This document shows, in pieces, positions 36,873 to 46,330 of a DNA stretch of 64,000 nucleotides. The translations under genes were made by a program, and so were the position numbers. Source of the DNA: Planctomycetota bacterium (GTDB lineage Bacteria; Planctomycetota; PLA2); contig JAZFYD010000249.1 in NCBI GenBank assembly GCA_036443405.1, forward strand, positions 1,553 through 65,552. The letters are read 5' to 3'. Within the stretch, counting starts at the first letter, position 1; each line of letters begins with the position of its first letter. Below the pieces are notes generated by a model. The model searched no databases, had not been told where the DNA came from, and saw only the letters and a list, made by a program, of their open reading frames with translations.

Positions 36873-36983
36873 ACCGGCGCCCCTGTTCGACCTGGCACTG
36901 GAGTCGTTCAAGGATTCTTGAACGCTGCCGCGTCCGCGATTTGACGCCTCGGGGACAGTGGTTCTGTCGAAATCGACAGGAGC

Positions 36984-37895
36984 ATGAACATGAACACTCT
37001 GGTGATCGGCGCGAGCGGTTTTGTGGGCAAGCATCTCGTGCGCGCGTTGCGCGAGCGTGGCGACGAGGTTTCGGTCACCGGCCGCAATCTCGCGAAGCTG
37101 CAGAAGACGTTTCGCGACGGCGTGCAAACGACCGAGTGGGACCCGAACGGTGGCCCGATTCCGCAGGCCGCGCTCGCGGGCGTGGATGCCGTGATCAACC
37201 TCGCGGGCGACAACGTCGGCAAGGGACGCTGGAGCAAGCGCAAGAAGGAGCGCATCCGGGCGAGCCGCGTTGATGGAACGCGGAACCTGGTCGCAGGCAT
37301 CGCGGCGTCGGAGCACAGGCCCGCCGTGTTGGTGAACGCGTCTGCTATCGGCTATTACGGCGACGGCGGCAGTTCGGTCTTCAATGAGGGCTCGCTGCCC
37401 GGCCGCGACTTTCTCGCGCGGGTCTGTGAGGCGTGGGAGGGCGAGGCGTCGCGTGCACGCGGACACGGCGTCAAGGTCGCGATCGCGCGCCTCGGTGTCG
37501 TGCTCGGCAAAGACGACGGCGCGTATCCGCAGATGTCGCGGCCGTTCAAGATGTTTCTCGGCGGGCCGATCGGCATGGGCCGGCGTTGGTTCAGTTGGAT
37601 CCATGTGGACGATGTCGTCGGTATCCTCTCGCACCTGGCCGCGACCAACGCCGACGGCATCTTCAACGCGACGGCGCCCGGAGTGGTGACGAACGAGGAG
37701 TTCTCGCACACCCTCGGCTCGGTCCTTCACCGCCCGTCGTTTGCGCGCGTCCCGCCGCTCGCGCTGCGAGTTGTGCTCGGCGGCTTCGCCACCGTGATCT
37801 GCTCCAGCACGCGCGCAACGCCGTTGCGCACCATCGGCACGGGGTACGAGTTCAAGTACCCCGAAGTCCGTCCCGCCCTCGAGGCGCTGCGTTAG
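36984..37895 (+). CDS. SDR-family epimerase-like protein (YfcH/TIGR01777 type with a DUF1731-like C-terminus)
   Basis: Rossmann motif VIGASGFVGKHL. C-terminal ...TGYEFKYPEVRPALEAL. The start may be the second ATG at 36990. Confidence 0.7.
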   Translation: MNMNTLVIGASGFVGKHLVRALRERGDEVSVTGRNLAKLQKTFRDGVQTTEWDPNGGPIPQAALAGVDAVINLAGDNVGKGRWSKRKKERIRASRVDGTRNLVAGIAASEHRPAVLVNASAIGYYGDGGSSVFNEGSLPGRDFLARVCEAWEGEASRARGHGVKVAIARLGVVLGKDDGAYPQMSRPFKMFLGGPIGMGRRWFSWIHVDDVVGILSHLAATNADGIFNATAPGVVTNEEFSHTLGSVLHRPSFARVPPLALRVVLGGFATVICSSTRATPLRTIGTGYEFKYPEVRPALEALR

Positions 37896-39208
37896 TCCGA
37901 TCCGTTTACGTGGCGCAGGATCGTCTCGCGGATCTCGGTCATGTCGCGCGGGCGGTCGCCGTCGCCGAGCAGGATCGGGCCCTCCGCTGGCGAGTCGGGC
38001 AAACGCCCGTGGGAGCCGCCGACAACCGACGGATCCAGCGGCACCACCTCGAACAGCGTTCGGAAGCCGAGCTTCTTCTTCAACAGCGTCCACGCGATCG
38101 ACGCCTTTGAAACACGCTCGTCGAAAAACAGCTCGCACGGGTCGTAGCCGGGCTTGCGGTGGATGTCCACCGTGCGCGCGAAGTCGGGCGCCGCGGCGTC
38201 GTCGAGCCAGTAGGGATATGCGAACCAGCGGTCCTTGGCCGATAACACCACAAGCTCGCCCGACCGCTCGTGGTCGAGGCCCGTCGCGATTTTGTCGAGA
38301 ATGCGATCCACGCCGTCGAGCCCCTCGATGACCTTGCGCGCGGCGGCGACGTCTCCTGACTCGCGAACGTATACGTGCGCGAGTTGGTGATCGCACACCG
38401 CGAATGCGCGCGACCGAAACGGGTCGAGGATCTCCCCAGTTGCGTTTCTTTGGACGTCGAGCAACCCCGCCTGGCGCAGCGCGCGATTGATCATCACCGC
38501 GCCGCTCACGTTTGTGATCCCGTACTCCGACGCGACGAGAACCTTGTAGTCGGGCACGGCGTCCATCAGCCGGCCCGCCTCCGCGTCGACCGCACGGACC
38601 TGCTCCGCGATGCGCGAATCATCCGGGCCGAAGCGCTGCAGGTCGTAATCGAGATGCGGGAGGTACACGAGCGCCAGCTTGGGCCTGCGTTTCGCGAGCA
38701 CGTCCTTCGCAGCTTTCACGATCCATTGCGTCGATTGGATGCCGGAGGTCGGCCCCCAGAAATGGAACAGCGGGAATCGTCCGTGGGTTTCCTGGAGCTC
38801 GACCCCGAGCTCGGGCGGGTTCGTGTAGAGGTCGGGGATCTTGCGGCCGTCCGCTGGGTACGCGGGACGCTCGGCTACGCTGATCGCGGCGTCGGTCGCC
38901 ATGTTGAATCGCCAGAAGAGCACCGCGGTTTCGCCCGGCACGTCCTCCCAGATCTTGCGCCCGGCGACGAGCCGGTTGGAGTGGCGCCAGAACATGATCT
39001 CGTTGAGGTCGCGGAAATACCAGCCGTTGGCGACCACACCGTGGTCCCGCGGGGCCGTCCCGGTGAGCATCGTCGCCTCGCACGTGCTGGTGACGGCCGG
39101 CAGCGGCGGCGTCAGCGGCGCCGGGGGGCCGAGCGCCGAAAGTCGCGGCGCGTGCGCCAGGAGCTCCGGAGTGAGCCCGACGATGTTCAAGAATAAGACG
39201 TTCGGCAC
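37892..39208 (-). CDS. Alkaline-phosphatase-superfamily protein (nucleotide pyrophosphatase/phosphodiesterase-like)
   Basis: 438 aa. N-terminus MPNVLFLNIVGLTPELL... and the overall pattern resemble type I phosphodiesterase family members. Assignment is by resemblance only. Confidence 0.5.
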   Translation of the reverse strand: MPNVLFLNIVGLTPELLAHAPRLSALGPPAPLTPPLPAVTSTCEATMLTGTAPRDHGVVANGWYFRDLNEIMFWRHSNRLVAGRKIWEDVPGETAVLFWRFNMATDAAISVAERPAYPADGRKIPDLYTNPPELGVELQETHGRFPLFHFWGPTSGIQSTQWIVKAAKDVLAKRRPKLALVYLPHLDYDLQRFGPDDSRIAEQVRAVDAEAGRLMDAVPDYKVLVASEYGITNVSGAVMINRALRQAGLLDVQRNATGEILDPFRSRAFAVCDHQLAHVYVRESGDVAAARKVIEGLDGVDRILDKIATGLDHERSGELVVLSAKDRWFAYPYWLDDAAAPDFARTVDIHRKPGYDPCELFFDERVSKASIAWTLLKKKLGFRTLFEVVPLDPSVVGGSHGRLPDSPAEGPILLGDGDRPRDMTEIRETILRHVNGSD

Positions 39209-39331
39209 TGCGTCAGGTTACCCGCGGCCTTTCTAACCGGCCATGACCTGCGTATCCTTGGGGGTTAACGGAACGGAAGGCCTCTTGGCCCAAGATCGCC
39301 GGCGGAAAATGACCGGCGCGGAGGATTGGCA

Positions 39332-40387
39332 ATGTCGCTTGGAAAGATCCAGGAAGTGCTCGGCGATCACGCCGATTCGTTGCTCGGCCACACCTGCAAG
39401 ACGATCTCGAAGGACTCGCTCAATCTGCCGGGGCCGGATTTCATCGATCGGGTGTTTGTTGCGTCGGATCGCAAGCCGGCGGTTCTCCGGAACCTGCAAT
39501 CGCTTTACGGCCACGGCCGCCTCGCGGGAACCGGTTACGTTTCGATCCTGCCCGTGGATCAGGGCATCGAGCACGCGGCCGGCGCCAGTTTCGCGCCCAA
39601 CCCGATCTACTTCGATCCCGAGAACATCGTGAAGCTCGCGATCGAAGGCGGATGCAACGGTGTCGCGTCGACGCTCGGCGTGCTCGGCATCGTCGCGAGC
39701 CGGTACGCGCACAGGATTCCGTTCATCCTCAAATTCAATCACAACGAGTTGCTCACCTACCCGGCCACGTTCGACCAGGTGAATTTCGCCAGCATCGACC
39801 AGGCGTTCGACATGGGCTGCGTCGGCGTGGGTGCGACGATCTACTGGGGTTCCGATGAGGCGTGCCGCCAGCTTCAGGAGGTCGGCCAGGCGTTCGAGCG
39901 TGCGCACGACCTCGGCATGTTCACGATCCTGTGGTGCTACCTGCGCAACCCGGCGTTCAAGAAGGACGGGACGGACTACCACGACGCGGCCGACATCACC
40001 GGGCAGGCCAACCACCTCGGCGCGACGCTTGGCGCGGACATCGTGAAACAGAAGTTGCAGACCAAGAACGGCGGTTATCCCGCGATCTCGTTCGGCAAGA
40101 CGCACGACAAGGTCTACAGCGAGTTGACGAGCGATCACCCGATCGATCTTTGCCGCTACCAGGTTGCGAACTGCTACATGGGCCGCATCGGATTGATCAA
40201 CTCCGGCGGCGCGTCCGGCGGCAACGACCTGCAGGACGCGACGATCACCGCCGTGATCAACAAACGCGCGGGCGGCACCGGCCTCATCTCCGGTCGCAAG
40301 GCGTTCCAGAAACCGATGCGCGACGGCGTGACGCTCCTGAACACGATTCAGGACGTCTACCTCTGCAAGGAGATCGCGCCCGCGTAG
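39332..40387 (+). CDS. fbaB: Class I fructose-bisphosphate aldolase (FbaB/DhnA type)
   Basis: GGAGGA Shine-Dalgarno 6 nt upstream of ATG 39332. [20 protein letters not shown]...[16 protein letters not shown]...DIVKQK is typical of the FbaB family. Confidence 0.8.
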   Translation: MSLGKIQEVLGDHADSLLGHTCKTISKDSLNLPGPDFIDRVFVASDRKPAVLRNLQSLYGHGRLAGTGYVSILPVDQGIEHAAGASFAPNPIYFDPENIVKLAIEGGCNGVASTLGVLGIVASRYAHRIPFILKFNHNELLTYPATFDQVNFASIDQAFDMGCVGVGATIYWGSDEACRQLQEVGQAFERAHDLGMFTILWCYLRNPAFKKDGTDYHDAADITGQANHLGATLGADIVKQKLQTKNGGYPAISFGKTHDKVYSELTSDHPIDLCRYQVANCYMGRIGLINSGGASGGNDLQDATITAVINKRAGGTGLISGRKAFQKPMRDGVTLLNTIQDVYLCKEIAPA

Positions 40388-40439
40388 CGACACCCGAGTT
40401 TCGACACGACGCGCCACGTATCCGTGAAACACTGGATGC

Positions 40440-42167
40440 GTGGCGCGTGTTCGTTTGTCGATCATTGGTCTGACGCTCGGCGTTGTTTTCATCTGGATGA
40501 TGCGAGAGCCCGAGCGGACCGGACGACTGGCCGACCCTCCGTTGGAGGCCGCGTTCAAGGGTGGGACGACACCTAAAATCGGTCCGGGCAACGGTGATCC
40601 GATCGACTACGGCGATCAACCCGATGTCGACGACGCCCTGCTCGATCTCGTCTATGAGTTCTGGCTGGGGATCGACTTCAAAAGACTGGACCTTCTGATC
40701 CGCGATCTGCGCGGGTCCGACGACGCCGCGCGCAAAGCAGCGCTCGCGGAGGTCCAACACCTAGTGCGGTGGCCTCATTCGCGCTGGGAGAGCAACACTT
40801 GGCCGCCGAGCGTGAGCACCGACCACTTCCTGCGCTTTGATTTCAAGGTGCGTTTTGTCGCGCGCAGCATCGTGTCGGCGCTGGACGGTGTGTTCGAATC
40901 CAAGGATCGAGACGTTCGTGTGCTGGCGGCGATCGTGCTCGCGGAGCTGGGTCCGTCATCGTCCGACGCCGGACCGGTTCTCGCAAAGGCACTCGAAGAT
41001 CCCGATTTCGAAGTGCGGTTCGAAGCGGCCGCAGGCCACTACCGCGACGAGCGCACCGTGCCGACGCTGGCCCATGCCGTGAACCGCGTCGAATATCGGT
41101 CGAAGGCACTGCTCGCGCTCTCGGAACTTGGGCCGAGAGCGCGGGACGCAATCCCGGTGCTCGCGAAGATTGAGCCGGACTTCGAGGTGGTGCGGGCACT
41201 GGCCGCGATCGGCGCACCCGCAAACACCTTCCTCCCGGTACTCGACCGGGCGCTTCGTTCCCGGTGTCACTACACCCGAGCCGAGGCGCTGACCGTGCTC
41301 GGCGAAATGGAGTTGCCGGAGGAGCTCAGCGGCGCCACGGCCGAAGCGATAGAACGAATCAAGTCCCGGCTTGACGAGCAGCGAGACGGCGTCCGTGAAA
41401 GCGCAGTGCTCTCCCGCCTCGACCCCGCGCATGAACCGAATCTGTCGGCCTGCGTTTCCGCGTTGTCTTCGGGCTCCGAGTGGCGCATCTGTTCCGGCGC
41501 CGCCGCATGCGCCGTGATGGGCGAGCGCGCCCGCTCCGCGGCACCGGAGCTGATCTCCGTCCTTCTCGAATCGGGCATGAGCGAGGAGTACTTGGCCGCC
41601 GCGCGGGCACTGGGCGCGATCCGGCCACCGCCGGAGACCGCGGTACCGGCGATCACCCAAAAGCTCGCGGACACCTACAACTACGGCGACTGGTTACACC
41701 GTCCGCTCATCGAGGCTCTGGCGGCCGCGACCAGCCACGCCGACGATGCGGCCCGCGCGCTGCTCGATCGGCTCGCCATGGAGCCGCCAAGCGATGACGA
41801 TTTCTTCTGGCGCAACGTCGATCCGACGCGTGTCGTGCGCTACATGGGTTGGCTGGCCGACGAGTCGGCTCTGGCTCGCGATTACGTCCTTGACGCTGCC
41901 GCGCGCGGCGGCGGCATCGAACGGTGCGAGGCTCTTTTGGCGCTCGCGAAGTTCCGGCAGGAGCGGAGTACCGCGATCGACCTGCTCGAGACCGGTCTGG
42001 AAGCTCCCGACTTCCTCGTTCGAATGGTAGCCGCGCGTGCCCTCGGAGACATTGGCCCCGCGGCGGCTCGCGCGCGCCAAACGCTCGAGAACATCGTCAT
42101 GGATCCCGACGAGCGCTCGGAACTGCGCGGCGAAGCCCGCGAAGCGCTGCGGCGCATCGGCTCCTGA
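40440..42167 (+). CDS. HEAT-repeat protein with an N-terminal membrane anchor or signal
   Basis: Multiple HEAT/PBS-lyase repeats (DRDVRVLAAIVLAELGP..., DPDFEVRFEAA, FLVRMVAARALGDIGP...). Confidence 0.65.
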   Translation: MARVRLSIIGLTLGVVFIWMMREPERTGRLADPPLEAAFKGGTTPKIGPGNGDPIDYGDQPDVDDALLDLVYEFWLGIDFKRLDLLIRDLRGSDDAARKAALAEVQHLVRWPHSRWESNTWPPSVSTDHFLRFDFKVRFVARSIVSALDGVFESKDRDVRVLAAIVLAELGPSSSDAGPVLAKALEDPDFEVRFEAAAGHYRDERTVPTLAHAVNRVEYRSKALLALSELGPRARDAIPVLAKIEPDFEVVRALAAIGAPANTFLPVLDRALRSRCHYTRAEALTVLGEMELPEELSGATAEAIERIKSRLDEQRDGVRESAVLSRLDPAHEPNLSACVSALSSGSEWRICSGAAACAVMGERARSAAPELISVLLESGMSEEYLAAARALGAIRPPPETAVPAITQKLADTYNYGDWLHRPLIEALAAATSHADDAARALLDRLAMEPPSDDDFFWRNVDPTRVVRYMGWLADESALARDYVLDAAARGGGIERCEALLALAKFRQERSTAIDLLETGLEAPDFLVRMVAARALGDIGPAAARARQTLENIVMDPDERSELRGEAREALRRIGS

Positions 42168-42176
42168 ACGTCCACG

Positions 42177-42207
42177 AAAAAAGGGCCGCGGCGTGTTGCC
42201 GCAGCCC
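42177..42207 (-). terminator. Rho-independent terminator downstream of the thiolase gene (possibly bidirectional)
   Basis: Minus-strand read GGGCTGCGGC-AACAC-GCCGCGGCCC followed by TTTTTT. A 10-bp GC-rich stem with one mismatch, 20 nt after the thiolase stop and 10-15 nt after the convergent HEAT gene stop. Confidence 0.65.
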
Positions 42208-42227
42208 TGGGTTCGATCGGGTTGTCG

Positions 42228-43415
42228 CTAGACCTTGAGGACGACCGCCGCCGCCGTGTCGCCTGCGGCGCAGCCGGCGAAGAGCACGTAGCCGCCGCCT
42301 TCCAGCCGGGCCTCTTCGATGCCTTCGCACATCAGCCGCGCGCCGGTCGGACCCTGCGGGTGGCCGAACACGAGCGACGAGCCGTAGTTGTTGAAGGACT
42401 CCGCGTCGATGCCGAGTTCACGCGCCATGTAGAGGTCGTTGACCGCGAACGGGTTGTGCGTCTTGATGACCTTGCAGTCGCTGATGCTGATCCCGGCGGC
42501 GTCGAGCGCCTGTTTCGCGGCGGGGACGACGGCTTTGGCCATGTAACCCTTCTCCACGCGCGCCGAACCGAACGAGATCACCTGCACCGGATCGCCGCCG
42601 CGGCTCCACGCCTTCGCTCGATCGTGCGAGCAAACCACCATGCCGGCGCTGCCGTCCGCGGGGAACGTCTGCGTGCCGAACGTGATCGTGCCCTCGGGCA
42701 TGACGGGCTTGAGTTTCGCCAGCCCCTCCGGCGTCGTCGGGAACACGCCCTCGTCGCCTTCGATCGTCGCGACGACCTTGCGTCCGCTCGGGTTGACTTC
42801 GTAAGGCGTGAGCATGTAGCGCTTGTGGAAGCCCGTTTCGACGGCCTTTTGATACTGCGCGTTGCGATGCAACGTGAGCGCGTCCATCTCCTCGCGACCG
42901 ATGCCCGCCTCCTTCGCGACGTTCTCGGCCGTCTGGATCATCGAACCCTTCGCCCACGGATCGAAACTGAAGTTGTCCCAGACCCAATCCTCGCTGTCGC
43001 CCTTGCCGCCGGGGCCGTTCGGGTTCGGGTGGTACAGGTGCGCACCGTTGCTGCACTTGTCCGCCGTGACGACAACCGTAGCTTCGCCGCCGCCGCACTC
43101 GATGCCCTGGGCCGCGTGCGCGAGCGCCGCGGCGCTTGTCGCGCACGCCTGGCTGATCATCGCGCCGGAGATGCCGGGTGCGCCGATCATGCCGGCGATC
43201 CACGACGCGCCGTAGAAGACGCGCTTGGCCGGAATCGTCCAGCCGAAAACGAGCGAGTCGAGTTCGCCGGCGGGGATTTCGCGAGCCGCGAGTCCCTTTG
43301 TCGTAACGTCGGCGGCGAACTTGACCATGTGCAGTCCGGCGAGATTGCCCTGCCATTTGCAAAACGGTGAGGACCAGTAACCGCCGGCGGGGAGGTAGGC
43401 CTTTTCAAAGCGCAT
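42228..43415 (-). CDS. Thiolase-family acetyl-CoA C-acyltransferase
   Basis: Active-site Cys context SQACATS, then GHPQGPTG and GCAAGD near the C-terminus. Confidence 0.85.
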   Translation of the reverse strand: MRFEKAYLPAGGYWSSPFCKWQGNLAGLHMVKFAADVTTKGLAAREIPAGELDSLVFGWTIPAKRVFYGASWIAGMIGAPGISGAMISQACATSAAALAHAAQGIECGGGEATVVVTADKCSNGAHLYHPNPNGPGGKGDSEDWVWDNFSFDPWAKGSMIQTAENVAKEAGIGREEMDALTLHRNAQYQKAVETGFHKRYMLTPYEVNPSGRKVVATIEGDEGVFPTTPEGLAKLKPVMPEGTITFGTQTFPADGSAGMVVCSHDRAKAWSRGGDPVQVISFGSARVEKGYMAKAVVPAAKQALDAAGISISDCKVIKTHNPFAVNDLYMARELGIDAESFNNYGSSLVFGHPQGPTGARLMCEGIEEARLEGGGYVLFAGCAAGDTAAAVVLKV

Positions 43416-43597
43416 CGTCTTCTCCTGATGGCCCCGGATTCGTATTCAGGGGCTTGTTTTGGGCGATTTGAGCGTGAACCGGCGATCCTATCACGACCGG
43501 CCAGAAGCCCCTTGGGCCCGCGAACCCGCTGAGGCCGCCGCGCGCCTACCGGCGCCCCCTTGGCCTGAGCATCCGATTGGTCGATAGGCAGAGCGGC

Positions 43598-44509
43598 ATG
43601 GCGATCGTCAAGGAGGAGTGCCGGCGTTGCGGCGGGCCCACGCGGCCCGGCGAGAGCGTCTGCGAAGGTTGCGCGGGTGGGTTTGTACGCGCCGTTCGTC
43701 GCCCGCGCGTGCGTCCGGAGACACATCCGTCAGCGCAAACGTTTCACGGCCAGCACGAAATCCCGGTGGTCGAACGACCGGCCCGTGGGCCCCTAGGCCT
43801 GCCCGAGGACTGGCTCTACCTGATCTGCGGCGCGTTGCTGGCGCCCGTCTTCACGTTCACGCCAATCCTGAAATACATGGGTTGGTTCTTGGCGTCGCTC
43901 GTTCACGAGATGGGGCATGCGCTGGTGGCGTGGCTCTGCGGCTGCCCCGCGGTCCCTGCAATCCGGTTGGACGGTCACGCGTGGGCCACGCATCAATCGC
44001 AAGTCATGATTCTTGCGCTGCTCGTGTGGGCCGGCCTTGGCTACTTGACCTGGCAACAGCGGCACAGGAAACCGCTCTCGATCGCGCTCGGGATCGCGAC
44101 GCTCGCGTACCCGGCGATCGCGTTCACCGGCGCACGCGATTCGTTGTTCCTGCTCGCGGGCCAGTCCGGCGAGATGGCTTTCGCCGCGATCTGTCTTTGG
44201 CGCGCCATGACCGGCGGGTTCACCGCATCGCGTGCGGAACGCGTTGCCTACGGTGCGGCGGGGTGGTTTCTCCTGGGCAGGAACATCCACTTGGCCGGCG
44301 GCCTCGTGTTCAGCGACAGCGTGCGCGCGTGGTATCAGCGCAGCGGCTCCCTCGGTATGGAAAACGACTATCTGCGTCTCGCGCGTGCGTGGGGCATGTC
44401 CATCGAGAGTGTCGGTACGCTGATGCTGCTGGTCGCGCTGGCGATCTTCCCGACCGTGTGGTGGATCACGCGGAGGATCCGACTCGTTCCGTTCGAGCAC
44501 CGGTCATAG
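43598..44509 (+). CDS. Integral-membrane zinc metalloprotease-like protein (M50B-like) with an N-terminal CxxC...CxxC zinc-ribbon
   Basis: CRRCGG...CEGC ribbon. HEMGH motif at the end of a TM helix (LASLVHEMGHALVAWLCG). About 6 TM helices. Confidence 0.6.
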   Translation: MAIVKEECRRCGGPTRPGESVCEGCAGGFVRAVRRPRVRPETHPSAQTFHGQHEIPVVERPARGPLGLPEDWLYLICGALLAPVFTFTPILKYMGWFLASLVHEMGHALVAWLCGCPAVPAIRLDGHAWATHQSQVMILALLVWAGLGYLTWQQRHRKPLSIALGIATLAYPAIAFTGARDSLFLLAGQSGEMAFAAICLWRAMTGGFTASRAERVAYGAAGWFLLGRNIHLAGGLVFSDSVRAWYQRSGSLGMENDYLRLARAWGMSIESVGTLMLLVALAIFPTVWWITRRIRLVPFEHRS

Positions 44510-45235
44510 GCGTTCGCCGTCGGTGTCCTTGTCGGTGTCACCGTCGGCGGGCGCGCTAGCATCGGTCCGGAACGGGGACGCGGAGTCCGCCCGGTTCGCG
44601 AGCAACGACAGGTTGATCAACAGCGCGGGAATTCCGAGCAGCACGGTGAGGCGCGGAACCAGGTCGGCGTTGGGCGCGGTCACGAGCACGTCGTAGACGC
44701 CGTGCGCAAGAACCGCGAACAGCAGGCCACGGAACTTGTACAAGCGGCGTTCGTGCGGCGGTTTCAGCAGCGCGAACCCGAAGTGGTATCCGATGATGCC
44801 GGTGAAGCCGACGTGCGCGAGCGTGGCGGTGAACGCACGCTGCAAGAGGATGCCCTCGTTGAGCCAGAGCGCGTAGAGCACGTTCTCGACGGTGGCGAAT
44901 CCGAGGGCGACCGCCGTCCCGTACACGATCCCGTCCATCGGCTCGTCGAACTCCCGATGGCGGTACGCGAAGATCCAGACGATCGCGAACTTCGCCGCCT
45001 CTTCGACGAACGCGATGCGCACGAAGTTGTCATAGAGCCGCGCGGTCCAGCCGTCCCCCGGCAGCGGTATCGCCATCTCGAGGAAGTACGCGGGCGCGGC
45101 GACCAACGCGCCGAGTACGTACAGCTTCAGGACGACCAGCTTCGGCTCGCGCTGCCAGCGGTCGCGCTTCCAGAACAACCACAGCCAGAACAGCGCCGGA
45201 GCGGACGCTCCCAGGAGGATCCGCAGATACTGCAC
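44504..45235 (-). CDS. PrsW-family intramembrane metalloprotease
   Basis: FVEEAAKF (EExxK) and HxxxD (LAHGVYD) motifs in a polytopic membrane protein. Confidence 0.7.
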   Translation of the reverse strand: MQYLRILLGASAPALFWLWLFWKRDRWQREPKLVVLKLYVLGALVAAPAYFLEMAIPLPGDGWTARLYDNFVRIAFVEEAAKFAIVWIFAYRHREFDEPMDGIVYGTAVALGFATVENVLYALWLNEGILLQRAFTATLAHVGFTGIIGYHFGFALLKPPHERRLYKFRGLLFAVLAHGVYDVLVTAPNADLVPRLTVLLGIPALLINLSLLANRADSASPFRTDASAPADGDTDKDTDGERL

Positions 45236-45238
45236 GCG

Positions 45239-45778
45239 TCAGCTCTTCTTGAGCCCGAGGTACCAGCCCGCCATGAACGCCGCGGCGGACGGGAGTTTGT
45301 GCTTCACGATCGCGCCGACACCGGTGTCCGACGAGATGTTCAGGACAAAGTCGTGCAGCACCTTCGCAAACGCGCCCCAGTCGATGCTGACGACGCCCTG
45401 GTAAGCGAGCACTTGAAGCAGCACGAAGAAGATCGCGAGCAGGATGAGCGCCCATCGCATCGCGGTGCGCGCGGCGATACCGACCGCGATCCCGAGCAGC
45501 ATCGAGATGCCACCCTCGGTGAGAAACGGCAGCAGCTTGACGACCGGGCCGGGTTCGGGCGCCACGGCGGGTTCAGGTTCGGCGGGTGTGCCGTCGGGCA
45601 GGAACGACGTCGCGTGCGGCTGGCCGGGTTGGGGAGTCGGATCCTGCTCCGCGGGGTGCGCCCAGACGACGCGGCCGAGCACCGAGAACGCGACGACGCC
45701 GAACAGGACCATGACCAGGCGTCGCCGCCAGGTCAAAGGCGCAACGGATTCGGGCTGGGTGTCGGCTGTTGTCGTCAT
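45239..45778 (-). CDS. Membrane protein, FUN14-like
   Basis: Pro-rich linker followed by GGISMLLGIAVGIAARTAMRWALILLAIFFVLLQVLAYQGVVSIDW, resembling the FUN14 family. Confidence 0.45.
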   Translation of the reverse strand: MTTTADTQPESVAPLTWRRRLVMVLFGVVAFSVLGRVVWAHPAEQDPTPQPGQPHATSFLPDGTPAEPEPAVAPEPGPVVKLLPFLTEGGISMLLGIAVGIAARTAMRWALILLAIFFVLLQVLAYQGVVSIDWGAFAKVLHDFVLNISSDTGVGAIVKHKLPSAAAFMAGWYLGLKKS

Positions 45779-45854
45779 CTTTTCGGCGGCGGTGCAAGGC
45801 TACCAGAGCGAACCGCCGCGCCGGGTCGCTTTGCCGTGGTGTTAGCTTTGGCGC

Positions 45855-46328
45855 GTGCGAGTTCTCGTCGACGGCCACAACGCGATGTACGCGCTAGGTG
45901 TGTCCGGAAAGGACCACGAGGCGCGGCGCTTGGCACTCTTGCAGCGCGTGGCGACGGTCGCACCCGAGGCGATCGTGTTTTTCGACGCGCGCAACGCGTC
46001 CGAACGCCAGGGGTTCGACCGGACGCGCGAGGCCGGTGTGAGCGTGCGGTACTGCCGCCACCGCGAGGCGGACGCGGCGATCCTCGAGGCGGTACGCGGC
46101 GAGAGCAACCCCGGTCGCATCATCGTCGTGACAAAGGACCGCGAGGTGGCCGGCCGTTGCGCGCAACTCGGCGCGCGGCCCGTTTCTCCGGAGGACTTCT
46201 TCGCGCAGGCGGAAGAGCCCGCGTCGCAACCCACGCGACGATTCCCGACCATGCGGTTCACACCCGCAGACTTCGGCCTGCCGGACTACGTCGATCTCGA
46301 CGACCCGGATCCGGATCTCGTGGAGTAG
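45855..46328 (+). CDS. NYN/PIN-like YacP-family (DUF901) putative RNase
   Basis: VLVDGHNAMYA...IVFFDA...VVTKDREVA pattern. Confidence 0.6.
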   Translation: MRVLVDGHNAMYALGVSGKDHEARRLALLQRVATVAPEAIVFFDARNASERQGFDRTREAGVSVRYCRHREADAAILEAVRGESNPGRIIVVTKDREVAGRCAQLGARPVSPEDFFAQAEEPASQPTRRFPTMRFTPADFGLPDYVDLDDPDPDLVE

Positions 46329-46330
46329 CG

